A DNA stretch of 63,994 bases, counting the filler, from Octopus bimaculoides (taxonomy: Eukaryota): NCBI RefSeq assembly GCF_001194135.2. It is 8 parts of 8 records of this genome, joined end to end, with 100 filler letters (N's around TTAATTAATTAA, not from the genome) between each part and the next. Parts side by side here need not be neighbours in the genome. Positions count along the whole stretch, not along the records: positions 25,191 to 51,811 come from NC_069002.1; 7 more parts are not named here. One strand, 5' to 3'. The translations under genes were made by a program, and so were the position numbers. Positions 38,223-50,727 of the stretch are shown here, piece by piece. Within the stretch, counting starts at the first letter, position 1. Each line of letters begins with the position of its first letter. The notes beneath the pieces are model-generated. The model did no database searches. It was not told where the DNA came from and was given only the letters and a program-made list of their open reading frames with translations.

Positions 38223-40327
38223 CTGTGTGTGTTTAATGTGCACCTCTTTTGTGTGTAAGTACGTACGCCATTGTATATGAAAAATATACATATATGTGTG
38301 TATACGTATGCGTGTGTATCACAGAGTAGAGTTTTGGTGGGGTTCTAAGTTCAAGCTCACCCTTTTCTCGTCTGGTTCTTTGGCGAAGGCGCGCAAACCG
38401 AAACCTCTAATTAATGTCAAGTGTTTCCTCGCCGGGCTAAAACTTTATATATAATTTCCTTCGAAAACAAATTCATGTACTTATATGTGCTTACATATAC
38501 ATGTCTCTTTCTGTTTGTCTGCTCGTCTCTGTGTCTGTATGAGTGTCTTTCTCTGTTTTCCTCCATCTGTCTCGTTCCCCTCTCTCAATATATATAAAAC
38601 GAAATGAATAATGTAATACAAATTAACCCAGGTGTTTCAGGTTTTCGATCCATCTGTGTACTGTCAAGTGAAATCATCTTCCAAGTTGTTCATCAGCTTT
38701 CATTCTTCCAGGGGCAATGGAATCTATACATGTCATATGTCGGAGGTCGAACCAATCAAATATTCTTTTCTTGTCGAAATCCGATGCCATGTAGCAAAAT
38801 GAGAAATCAATAGCTCCCTCTCTCTCTTCATGAATTGTCCAATTATTTATGATAATTCTCTCCTCTCATATTCAATGAATTGTAACAGCAAAGGTCTCCG
38901 ATATTCTCGAAGCAGTCATCGCTAGGTAACGATATAAAATTTATGAGCATTTATTTCAAATAGAATTTGGCAGCCTTTCCATATTACAACTATTAACTAA
39001 CTTTCTTGATCGAAAAGAAAATGCGTGAAGCTTCCATCAAATATACAATGTATTTATTTGTATTATTCAGAAATATACGTTCACTCAACTACACACATAC
39101 ACACAATCACACACACACACACATATATATACACACACACACACACACACTCACATATATATGCACATATAGATACATGCTTGCACTTATGTTCAGAAGG
39201 ACATACACGCGCAAGCACACGGTTCCACAGGTAGTTCTATGGAAATATCTACTTTCATTCGTTTGTGTATATTGATTGCTTAACTTTGAAACACGCGTAC
39301 ATACATGTACACACACACACACACTNNNNNNNNNNNNNNNNNNNNNNNNNNNNNNNNNNNNNNNNNNNNNNNNNNNNNNNNNNNNNNNNNNNNNNNNNNN
39401 NNNNNNNNNNNNNNNNNNNNNNNNNNNNNNNNNNNNNNNNNNNNNNNNNNNNNNNNNNNNNNNNNNNNNNNNNNNNNNNNNNNNNNNNNTATATATATAT
39501 ATATATGGGTGTGTGTGTGTGTGTATTTGTGTGTTTGTGAATACCTACATACATACAATTTTATTTTATATTTATATATACATACATATATATGTATGTA
39601 TATATATTTATATGTGTATGCGTCTGTGTTTGCGTCTGTCTGCATGAATTTATATGTGTGCATATATATATATATATATATATGCATAGGCAGTGATAGA
39701 GATTATGGCAACCTAAGCAACTACGCTGGCGTTAAGAGCTGATTTAACAGACCCGTTCATAAGCTGTCGATCGACGACCTGCTGCAAATATCACCTACAT
39801 CTCCATAGAATCTCACTCTGTCATGTAAAAAAAAAAAAAGAAGTGTGAATTGAATGCTGCAATCATGCATAGATTATGCATATAAACCGTAGTGACTGTT
39901 ATAGGACTTACTTTGATGTCATATCTCTTCGCTCAGGCTGACCTCTGGCTATACTAAAACGAAGAAAAAAAAAGCAAAGTCATAAAAAAAAACAGTGAAA
40001 CACATCAAATTGATACATTCTGCGAATGAAAGCCACAAATCAATCGAGGAAATTCAATGCTATTTATGCGGCGTGCGTTTCTTTGTAAATAGCAATGTAT
40101 TAGCGTTAGTGTTATAATTTTAGCTGAATCAATTATCACTAACAGAAAAGATCTGTTACATTCACCATCAAATGCAGTGTTCCAGCTGTAATATGCTTCA
40201 ACCACTTAAAAGCGTATATACGCGTGCGTGCGCGCGCGCACACACACTAAGATATATATATAAATACGTAAAGCTACCCATTTATAACTCAATCTCTCCA
40301 ACGTTATGAATGAATATGCATGTATGA

Positions 40328-40370
<43 letters not shown>

Positions 40371-40375
40371 TGTGT

Positions 40376-40470
<95 letters not shown>

Positions 40471-41336
40471 CATTTATTTGTGTATGTATATATGTATGTA
40501 TATTCCCATGTAACCAACTATAAGCAATTACTATACATTAGACACAGGCCCACTCATTTTATATTATTATGAATATATGTCGTGTTAAGTGGATCGATTG
40601 ATTGCTACATTATAGAATGAATATAATAAACAAGCCAATTGTATATTGATTAACAATAAATTATAGGTAAAGCTACATATTTTATTTCCGTCCACACACT
40701 ATGAAACACTGAAAGCAACTAAACTCTCCTGTATTCGTTAAAGCTCGTAAAAGCACAGCGAACTGCAAGTGTAGTATATTAAACGACACATTCATTGATG
40801 ATCCTAAAAGGGAACGACTATTTTCTTGTTCAAATTGCTATTAATGTCTCTCAACTCAATTTCTACCTTCTTAAACAAGGAAACAGAAAATATCATTGCA
40901 TAATGGAGTCCAAATACTTTACAAAATGCATTGGAGTAGGGCTGGATAACTCGGCTGGAATTCTGTTGGTTAAAACTTTGCTGCAGTACATTATGCAAAT
41001 GGTGCTGCTGTTTAACTAAATAACTCTATCGAATACTGAACTGAAATTATTTATGAGGAGGTTTTGAATTTGTCTCCGTGGAGAGATCATGGCAAATAAT
41101 CATAAGAACAATGACGTATTTATTAAATTGCTTTTTATAAATATACGACATTGTATTCTAATTCAGCGGAAATTATTTGTTTATTTTAGATATTGAATGA
41201 TTTATATGACACCGAATTGTATTCCTTCCTCACAAACGTCAAGACATATACTCATCAAATATATGCGTGTGTGTGTCTGTGTGTGTTTGGTTTCTGAGTG
41301 TGTTTGTCTGTGTGTGTTTGTGCGGCTGAGTGAATG

Positions 41337-41373
<37 letters not shown>

Positions 41374-41999
41374 TGTGTGTGTTTGGTGGCTGACTGAATG
41401 ACTGTGCGTGTGTGTGTTTGTGTGTTTTTGGTGGATTCATTAGATATTTATTTATACACAAAACACCGTCAAGCTTTCGAAAATGATTTGTGTTATTTTT
41501 TTGTTTTTCTACAGACTGATCTTTTGTTTATTCGATGTATTTAGTTATCATCTACGATGTTATTACAGTTGTTATTCTAAACTTTAGTGATGTAATTTAT
41601 GGATAACTAAATCAATCAAGATTTTAGTGTCATAGAGGTTTTCTTTCTATATGCCTAGGTTGCTCTTCACATACTATCTCTCGCCTGTGTTCTCGTCTAC
41701 GATGTCTTTACTCCACCCAAAATTCAATTCTTCCTTTATTCTCCACGTCTCGTTAGATTCTCTTTAATCTTATTTACTCTTAATGCATAATCATTTTCGT
41801 ATCATGTCATATTCAGGTTAGATTCAAGAACTATTGTCGGTGTTTAGAATATCATATTGTTTACATTGAAGTGTGCGCCAGCCATACATGAAGTGTTTCA
41901 TCTTCCGGCTTTTCATTCTAGAAATGGCAACTTATTCTAGTGTAGGTCTCTCCTTTTCACCACATTCTCTACATAATTAATATCATAGTTTTTGTTACA

Positions 42000-42160
42000 T
42001 TTTATCTTGTACTTATTTCAATCATTAGTCTTCTACGATGCTGGGGTACCCCGGTACTTATTTATTTAAGCTTTCTGCTTATTCTATCGTCCGTTTCGTC
42101 GAACTGCTAAGTTACGTAAATGTAAAAATATCAACACTGGTTGTCATGTGATGGTAAGAC
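42000..42160 (-). mobile_element. Decayed SINE family A tail
   Basis: GATGCTGGGGTACC...CTTATTCTATCG.CCGTTTCGTCGAACTGCTAAGTTACG..ATGTAAA. Confidence 0.6.
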
Positions 42161-42747
42161 TCCAGCACAGACTTAATTATACGCATACACTTGCATAATC
42201 ATACATATATACATACATACATATGTACATATATATAGACATCAGATAAGATCCAGAGATTCTCAGTATAGAAAACACATCATAGTGCTCAAAAGATTCA
42301 AAGTTAGACTCCGATGTCTTTACAGGGGAAGGATTCCGCTTGGTAAAGAATGGCTGTAAAAGGGATCAGGCTGAGCAGATATAGAAGCAATTATGTAGAT
42401 CATACATATTATGTATTTAATACCCAAACTATAGTATTACAATTCTTCTTGTCATTACGTCACTTTGTCCGTCGGTAACGCTTTCACGTGTTTAGAGAAA
42501 GCAATAAAGAAAAGTGGAACAGAGAAAAAGAGGATAAAGCGATGCGTGAGGAAGAAAAATAGAGAGAGAGAAAAGTTAGAGAGAGAGAAGCGAAGCGTCC
42601 ATGACATGTGGTACGAGGAAGGTAATATTTATTACGTGGGCTAAAAAATTAGCTGAAAGTAGTGGTGATATAGAGAGTTGGGAATATAATTTTAGCAGAA
42701 AGGTGATGTTCTGATGGTGAGATTAAAGAAAGGCACAGCGAGAGGGA

Positions 42748-42789
<42 letters not shown>

Positions 42790-43069
42790 GACAGACATAC
42801 AAACAGACAGAGATGATGATGATGATGATGATAATGTCGGTGGTGCAGTTCGCGACGGTGAGTGCATAGTTTCTTTAATAATTGAAGTAATTTTTTTTAT
42901 ATCAGCTACAAATTGAAACGTCTACTGACTCTCACCCATCGCCTTGGCTTCCACATTACCAACAATGTGGTTTTCAGAGTATGCCATATTACATTAAATT
43001 TTCACCTCCGTGAAATTGTGACACCTATTTTTTATACATAAAATATTTTTTTTCTTTTGTAGATATGAA

Positions 43070-43430
43070 ATTGTGAACATTCTTTTACTTGTTTCAAGTA
43101 TTCGACTGCGGCCATGTTCGAGCACAGCCTTTTGTGGAAAAAATAGTTCCCAGGGCTTATTTGTAAGCTTAGTACTGACGGCTAAGTTACGGGGACGTAA
43201 ACACACCAGCATCGGTTGTCAAACGATGGTGGGTGACAAACACAGACATACAAAACACACACACACATACATATATACGACAGGCGTCTTTCAGTTTCCG
43301 TCAACCAAACACACTGATAAGGCTTTGGTCAGCCCGAGGCTATAATGGAAGAAACTTGCACAAGGTGCCATGCTGTCGGACTGAACCCGGAACCATGTGG
43401 TTGGGAAGCAAGCTTCTTGCCACACGTCCA
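43070..43430 (-). mobile_element. SINE family A
   Basis: Tail GACTGCGGCCATG..GAGCAC and CTAAGTTACGGGGACGTAAACACACCAGCATCGGTTGTCAA; head CTGAACCCGGAACCATGTGGTTGGGAAGCAAGCTTCTT. Confidence 0.85.
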
Positions 43431-43944
43431 AGCTCGGGCCTATGTAGATTTTAAAATGTAATTTTTCTCTTTATGGGACAAATGGGAAAATAAGTGTAAA
43501 TATTTATTGTGCATTAAGTCTATAAAAATGCTGCATAGAGAATATAAAGTATGTATATAAAACGTATTAAGTAATCCTCGTATTTCCTTCTCTTTTCAAT
43601 GAATAGTAGATGAACGACTGGATACCTTCGCTGATGACTACCTGTCCCCTTTTCATGACTAATATTGCACGCATATCTATGCCAAATTCTATGCCTATAT
43701 CTTTACTGAAGTGTCTTTCACTCAGTGTTCATGAATCTGTTTCTTACTACAAAACTTCAGATCATCCATATAGGGTACATGGCAAACATTTCCATTACTG
43801 TTTCTGAACTGATACCCTACCGTTGCATTCCTTAATACTAAACTGAGGGGTTCAAACATAAGTCGAATGCTAAAAGGGACGAGTTCCCCTGGAAATTTCC
43901 TCTTTTGATATTAACTTACAATGAGAATTATTATTATTATTATA

Positions 43945-44757
43945 GTTCAGTAGTTTTATTTTTATAACGTGCTTTCACTTCACTACCGAGCGCAGCGCTG
44001 TACGCCTTGGGTATGTGCTGTCGTTTGCTGTGATGCTCTTATGGTTACTGTATTGAAAGTGCTTTGCGTAGGATGTGTGCAGTGCCCAGTAGTGCAATTT
44101 TCTGTATGCCATATATATTTGTAAGTCCTGGTGTTTTTGTTATGTATTTGTCTGAATATTTTTTTTTATTATACCTAAGGCACCTACTATGATAGGAATT
44201 GTTTCTGTTTTTAGATTCCACATTCGAGTTACTTCTATTTCCAGGTCTTTGTATTTTGAAAGTTTTTCCATTTCTTTTAGGGAAACGTTGTCATTTGCTG
44301 GTATTGATACATCAATTAGAAAGCATTTTTTTCCTTCATGATCTTTGACAACTATATCTGGTCTATTTGCCTTAATTTCTCTATCTGAGTGTATTAGCAT
44401 ATCCCAGAGTATGGTTGCTTTCTCGTTTTCTGTGACCTTTTCTGGCGTATGTTTATACCATCTTTTTTCTGTTGTTATTCCATAGTGTTGGCATAGCTTC
44501 CAGTGTATATAGGTCCCAGCTCTGTCGTGTCTGCGAACATATTCCTTCTTAGCCAGGACTGGGCAGCCAGAGATAATATGATTTATTGTTTCTTGTCCAT
44601 CTCCACATATTCTACAGTTACTTGTTATAGTGTGGTGTCTGAATATATTCCTTCTTAGCCAGGACCAGGCAATGTCGTGTCTGTGAATATATTCCTTCTT
44701 AGCCAGGACTGGGCAATTCGTGTCTGTGAATATATTCCTTCTTTGCCAGGCCTGGGC
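43945..44757 (-). mobile_element. R4/Dong-like non-LTR retrotransposon 3' fragment, copy D1a (CCHC and restriction-like endonuclease)
   Basis: CGDGQETINHIISGCPVLA..EY.RRHD, WDMLIHSDREIKANRPDIVVKD...LIDVSIP...KEMEKLSKYKDL, IQKIALLGTAHILRK; (ATT)n on both flanks. Confidence 0.9.
44635..44757 (-). repeat. Three ~41-43-bp tandem copies of an internal segment at the 5' junction of D1a
   Basis: (TC)GTGTCT(GT)GAATATATTCCTTCTT.GCCAGG.C..GGCA starts at 44635, 44675 and 44718; the source segment is 44525-44565. Confidence 0.9.
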
Positions 44758-44783
44758 ATTATTATTATTATTATTATTATTAA

Positions 44784-44858
<75 letters not shown>

Positions 44859-45064
44859 TATTATTATTATTATTATTATTATTGTTGTTGTTGTTGTTGT
44901 TGTTATTATCGAGACACGAAGTCCAGCATGTGTCTGTATGTTCTCTGTTGAGTATTTGACAGAATATCTCATCAGGACGTGTGCCGAGGCTTCATTCTTA
45001 GGGCTACGGCCCGAAGCTCACAGAAGGAAGTTCACTGCTATTTCTTTCACGCTGATAGTTAATC

Positions 45065-45762
45065 ATTATTTTGATTAAAACTCTAAACTTATTTTGCTGG
45101 GTTATTTTGCTGGACATGACGGAAAGTGTCAGCCGTCCACAGCCAGCAGACTACGGTGTCACTTGTTTACTGATACTGCTTCAAGAAACCTGTGGACAAT
45201 TATTCAAGTTCCTAGTAGCTATTCTATATGTCCATTTGTACCAATATGTTTCTGTCATGCTGGTAGTTGACTGTTCATACTCTGAAGCGGGTTAACTACT
45301 ATCAGTATCATGTCCAATATTTTCATTTCACACAACCTGCGTATTTTCCACTTCAGAGCGTCATAGTTGTTCAGTTTTTCTTCTTTGATATGCTATGTCG
45401 ATTATCATCAAAGCTGAACTTTCGTATTTGTTCACCAAAACTACGTCATGTTTCCGATTTCTGATCTGATAGTCTCAATCAATCATTTTATCCTTGAACA
45501 GGATTTTGCCGTTATCATTCACAGTAACTTCAGGTTTTGCTCTTTATAGGTCATAATTTCCATAAAGCTCCTGATGGGTTATTCATGCCACATTCTCATG
45601 TCGTCTTTTACTTCCGCTTCGTGTAAGTCTCGGGTATTCACAAACAATGTGGTGTACCGATTCAACGTTCTCACCACACAGTCTGCATATGTCGCTCTTA
45701 CTCATGCTGTCAATTCTGCAATTCGCATACCTCGTCCTTAATGCATGTCCTTCTACTGTGCA
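45065..45762 (-). mobile_element. Older R4/Dong-like fragment, family D2
   Basis: ICRLCGENVESVHHIVCEYPRL..KRRHENVA; MIIDIA; KEEKLNNYDALKWKIRRL.EMK..MILIVV; LLGT*IIVHRFLEA; several stops and frameshifts. Confidence 0.75.
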
Positions 45763-45884
45763 TAACAATAATAATAAGAAGAAGGAGAAAAAGAAGAACA
45801 AGAAGAAGAAAACAACAACAACAACAAAAACAACAAGAAATAATAGTAATAATGATTATTATTATTACTATTATTATTTTATTA

Positions 45885-45952
<68 letters not shown>

Positions 45953-46796
45953 GTTCAGTAGTTTTATTTTTATAACGTGCTTTCACTTCACTACCGAGCG
46001 CAGCTCTGTGCGCCTTGGGTATGTGCTGTGGTTTGCTGTGGTGCTCTTATGTTTACTGTATTGAAAGTGTTTTGCGTAGAATGTGTGCAGTACCCAGTAG
46101 TGCAATTTTCTGTATGTTATATATATTTGTAAGTCCTGGTGTTTTTGTTATGTATTTGTTTGAATATTTTTTTATTATACCTAAGGCACCTACTATGATA
46201 GGAATCGTTTCTNNNNNNNNNNNNNNNNNNNNNNNNNNNNNNNNNNNNNNNNNNNNNNNNNNNNNNNNNNNNNNNNNNNNNNNNNNNNNNNNNNNNNNNN
46301 NNNNNNNNNNNNNNNNNNNNNNNNNNNNNNNNNNNNNNNNNNNNNNNNNNNNNNNNNNNNNNNNNNNNNNNNNNNNNNNNNNNNNNNNNNNNNNNNNNNN
46401 NNNNNNNNNNNNNNNNNNNNNNNNNNNNNNNNNNNNNNNNNNNNNNNNNNNNNNNNNNNNNNNNNNNNNNNNNNNNNNNNNATAGTGTTGTCATAGCTTC
46501 CAGTGTATATAGGTCCCAGCTCTGTCGTGTCTGTGAATATATTCCTTCTTAGCCAGGACTGGGCAGCCAGAGATAATATGATTTATTGTTTCTTGTCCAT
46601 CTCCACATATTCTACAGTTACTTGTTATGTTTCTTTTCATTTTGTGTTTTTGGTAATTTCTGGTGGGGAGGCTTTGGTCATGTGCAGCAATTAAAATTCC
46701 TTCAGTCTCTGCTTTGAGTCCTGAGCTTCTCAACCATTGCTTGGATTTTTTTCTGTCTATTTCTTTTGCATTTTTCTCTGTCTATTTCTTTTGCAT
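45953..46796 (-). mobile_element. R4/Dong-like 3' fragment, copy D1b (same family as D1a; gap inside)
   Basis: WLRSSGLKAETEG.LIAAHDQSLPTRNY...CRICGDGQETINHIISGCPVLAKKEYIHRHD; near-identical 3' UTR to D1a; (ATT)n on both flanks. Confidence 0.9.
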
Positions 46797-46819
46797 TATT
46801 ATTATTATTATTTTTATTA

Positions 46820-46878
<59 letters not shown>

Positions 46879-46882
46879 ATTA

Positions 46883-48416
46883 CTAGCAGAGATTACCGGC
46901 ATTGCCCGTGTTACATGCAATTGAAGAGTTAGACTTTTGTGTTATATTTTCTGTAATGAACTGTAATATCTGATTCGAATTTCATAAAAATTGCAGATGA
47001 GGGTTTTTTCCCTCTTTACAGACCTTAAAAAAATTCTAATCATTACACATGTATCTCATACCAATGATCTTGATGTGCAGATTCCAAAATTCCAGTCTAA
47101 TGGAACCTGTTAAAAGGATCTTGCTCCTGAAAAATGGACGTCCCGAAGCTCTGAATTGTGAGAGTTAAGTGTCTTAATGTCAACCGAAGTTGAATTGTTG
47201 AGAATCTTTTTTAACTTGAGTCTTATATGTATTGTTCGAATTTCTTTGAAATAGAAAATATATGTATGTTCACTGAGTTTGTAAAGGAGAACAAAGCTAC
47301 AGGAAACCAAATGACGAATGATCACAATAAGCAGTCAGCTACCCTACCCTAGTCGTTACTACTACCCAATGTATGATTCATCATTATACAGGTGACAGGC
47401 ACAACCGTAAGATGCATTACGGATCTATAGCATATGGAAGGGTGTGACCCAACTGAAACATTAACAGCTGTATAACGTGAGGGCTAAGGTTAAATGAAAG
47501 TGTCACCTCTGGAGTTTGCAAATGACCACTATACCGAAAGGTAACTGGACAGTATAAATTTACAATCTATAAATGTCTTTCAATAACCAGTCACTTATCT
47601 GGGAAGGCCTTGAAATCAATGTGTGATTTGGAACTATGTGTGACCCAGTGATAATAAGAAGACCCAAAGGGAGTTTGAAACCAAATAACTTTACTGAACA
47701 CATTGCAACTGAATCAGAGGAGGGAAAGATGTCTCATTTATTTGACAATCTATGCACCACATTGCAGAAATCACAATCAAAGTATATCTCAAAGCAAACG
47801 TTTACACTGTTTTACCCTTGAATTACAAATAACGTTAATCATTTATGTTCGGGTAACCCTATAGCTTCCAAGAGTACATCTGTATTCGTCTTTGCTAAGA
47901 TAAAATGACTAAACGGTGGATGTTAAGTCCCTATGAATAGGTCTTTCTAACTTCTAAGAAGATGAAATTTTAGAAATATTAATTCATTTATGTCTAGTAT
48001 ATATGGTTAAAATTTCATCAATAGCAAATATATATGAATTTTCATGGGGTTTATGACCCTTATGCATAGAATATAATTTCGAAATTTCATAAAGATCCAT
48101 TCAGTTCTTTTGACGTAGTGTTGGATCATAAAAAAATGACTAAAATTTGAGAGTTAATGCCTCATGAGAAGTGGAAACTTTGAGAATACTTCTTGATGTG
48201 TGTCAATAACCCAGGGTTGAAATGTCATCACCATCGATAATTTATGAATTTTCATGGGCATTTAAGCCATCTCAAATTCAAACAAAACATACTGCATTAT
48301 ACCCGCCGTCATGCATTGAATCTAAGTTCCATATATCATAAGGATCAGTGGAGTAGCTTTCGAATGAATAAGTAACACACGAACACACATAAAGACATTG
48401 AATTTTATATAATAGA
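46883..48416 (-). mobile_element. Putative non-autonomous Helitron (~1.5 kb)
   Basis: Minus-strand 5' end TCTATTATATAAAATTCAATGTCTTTATGTGTG at 48416; 3' end CGGGCAATGCCGG hairpin plus CTAG|T at 46883; no ORF. Confidence 0.6.
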
Positions 48417-48774
48417 CATGAATATGCGCATATATATATACATGTATGTGTGTGTGTGTATTATATATATATATATTAGAAAAATAAGGTACTCAGAGAT
48501 CTGGATGGTTGTACATTTACAGATTTTATTAATATGTCACATGTATTTATAAATCATATATTAGCGCTTACATCTCCTCTACTAGATTCTTGAGAATTGT
48601 ATGTGTGCGTGCGTGTGTGTGTATGTATATGTGTGCGTGAGTATGTGTGTCTGTGAATGTATACACACACACACACATACACACACACATATATACACAC
48701 ACACATACACACACACACACAGATAGATTAATAGATACAACTGAGTGGGCAAGCAAAAATATGAGACACTGCCT

Positions 48775-49110
48775 AGTGCCTTTTTTTATTTTGATAAGCC
48801 TAGTAGTTATTCTATCAGTTTTTTTCTTGTCAAACCAGTAAGTTATGAGGATGTAAATTAAACGAACAGCAGTTGTGAAGCAGTTATGAGAGAGAAAGAC
48901 AGAGACAAATACACACATACACTTACATATATAGATACATATATATATACGGTTGATTTCTTTCAGTTTTCTGTCTGCAAAATTCACTCACAAGGCTTTG
49001 GTTAGTGTGAGGCTATAGCAGAAGACACATGCTAAGTCACCACACAGTGGGACTGAACGCTGGACCATATAGTTTGAAACCAAGTTTCTTTCCACACAGC
49101 CACACCTGCA
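48775..49110 (-). mobile_element. SINE family A
   Basis: TTTCTTTCAGTTTTCTGTCTGCAAAATTCACTCACAAGGCTTTGG...GTGGGACTGAAC...CCACACAGCCAC. Confidence 0.8.
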
Positions 49111-49339
49111 CCAATGTATATATGTGTGTGTGTATGTGTGTCTGTATGTGTCTATAGGTGTATATATGTATGCATGTATATATGTGTATATATATATACG
49201 TGTACATATTACATGTACATCTATATATATATATNNNNNNNNNNNNNNNNNNNNNNNNNNNNNATGTATATATGTGTGTGTGTATGTGTGTCTGTATGTG
49301 TCTATAGGTGTATATATGTATGCCTGTATATATTTGAGA

Positions 49340-49654
49340 TAATAGTTTCACTTTAATAGTTTCAGTATTAAAGTGAAAATATATGTCATTACAATAGAGA
49401 GATGTTATTGTTTCACTTTTGACACGTAATACTGAAATAGTGGAGGAGATATGATATTGCTCTGGGCTCACACTAGGCAAGAAGTTAAGACTTTTGGGGA
49501 TTAAGACACTACATGGCCCCTAAGTAAGGCATGTGTAAAATTTGAATGAAATTGGTTGTGTAGTTCTCAAGTTTTAGGGATTCACACAGACACACAGACA
49601 GACACACATAGGGACACATAGACAGACACATATTCTCATCTTTATATATATAGA
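49340..49654 (-). mobile_element. Helitron 5' terminal fragment
   Basis: Minus strand A|TCTATATATATAAAGATGAGAATATGTGTCTGTCTATG...CAACCAATTTCATTCAAATTTTACAC, a typical non-autonomous Helitron start after an A. Confidence 0.6.
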
Positions 49655-49675
49655 TTATCATTATTATCATTATTA

Positions 49676-49707
<32 letters not shown>

Positions 49708-49743
49708 GTTGTTGTTGGTGTTGTTGTTGTTGTTGTTGTTATT

Positions 49744-50081
49744 GTTTTCGTCTATGCACAGCTTCTAACGCTGGAAATGTACTGCAGTGTCAGCTGTTCA
49801 CTACGAGCGAAGTAAGATAACACGCCTTATTTTTTGAGCACCATCCGGAGTATTCGAGTGGTTCCAAACAATGCTGTTTTCCGCAAGTGCTCCACCCTCA
49901 TTGCAGCCCCTATATGTACCTTGTACTTCTCAGGGATCTGACAATTATTGGTACTACCACCACCTCTTTCATCGACCTCAACTATTTTACCTCTCAAGCT
50001 AACCTGTCATATCTATCGACTTTTCTTTCTTCTTTATCGCATACCTTGTTGTCAGCTGGGCATGAATTATCTATCATCCAA

Positions 50082-50082
<1 letters not shown>
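49744..50082 (-). mobile_element. R4/Dong-like 3' fragment, family D3
   Basis: DNSCPADNKV.DKEKEK, VVVVPIIV and RVEHLRKTALFGTTRILRMVLKK*; (GTT/ATT)n on one side and (ATT)n on the other. Confidence 0.8.
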
Positions 50083-50146
<64 letters not shown>

Positions 50147-50147
<1 letters not shown>

Positions 50148-50642
50148 GGGAGAGAGCAGTGCATGCCGTCGAAGTGACACTTGGGTAAAATATACGAAGG
50201 CCAATAAGCCGTCTGATAAGGGTACACCAGGCACATGCATCACGACATGGTGATCTCATATCAAGATATATAGCATATGATCTTGCAAGTGGGGCCCGGT
50301 CAGAATTTTATTCCGTTTGAGTAGCCCATCTCACCCAAAAAGTCTGTGAATAAGGGTTGTTTAAGGATGTTGAACAAAACACGTTTCCAGATGTGAATTA
50401 TTCAAACCCTAAAGAATTCCTCTCAGTTCATGGCTATGATGCTCTCCCACTATTTCCGCTCGTGGTCAGAGATGCACACATCGTCAGCCACTAAGGGACA
50501 TGCTCAACTGATTATAATCAAACAGCTAACAAGCAGATCCATGGTATTAAGCAGAATATTTGCTGTAGTCCATCTTTTTTACTGAGACAAAGCACTACAT
50601 GATAACGCTTTCAAACGGTTAAGACCAGAGGCCATGAGAGCC
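50147..50642 (-). mobile_element. Non-coding (TAA)n-associated repeat element, copy 3
   Basis: Homologous along its length to the 16556 and 25403 copies; abuts (ATT)n at 50083-50146. Confidence 0.75.
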
Positions 50643-50696
50643 TATCATCATCATCATCATCATCGTCGTCGTAGTCGTCGTCGTCGTCGTCGTCAG

Positions 50697-50727
<31 letters not shown>

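Noticed and set aside
49114-49330. ~60-bp direct duplication on both sides of a small gap
   Set aside because: Typical unmerged contig overlap in low-complexity sequence.
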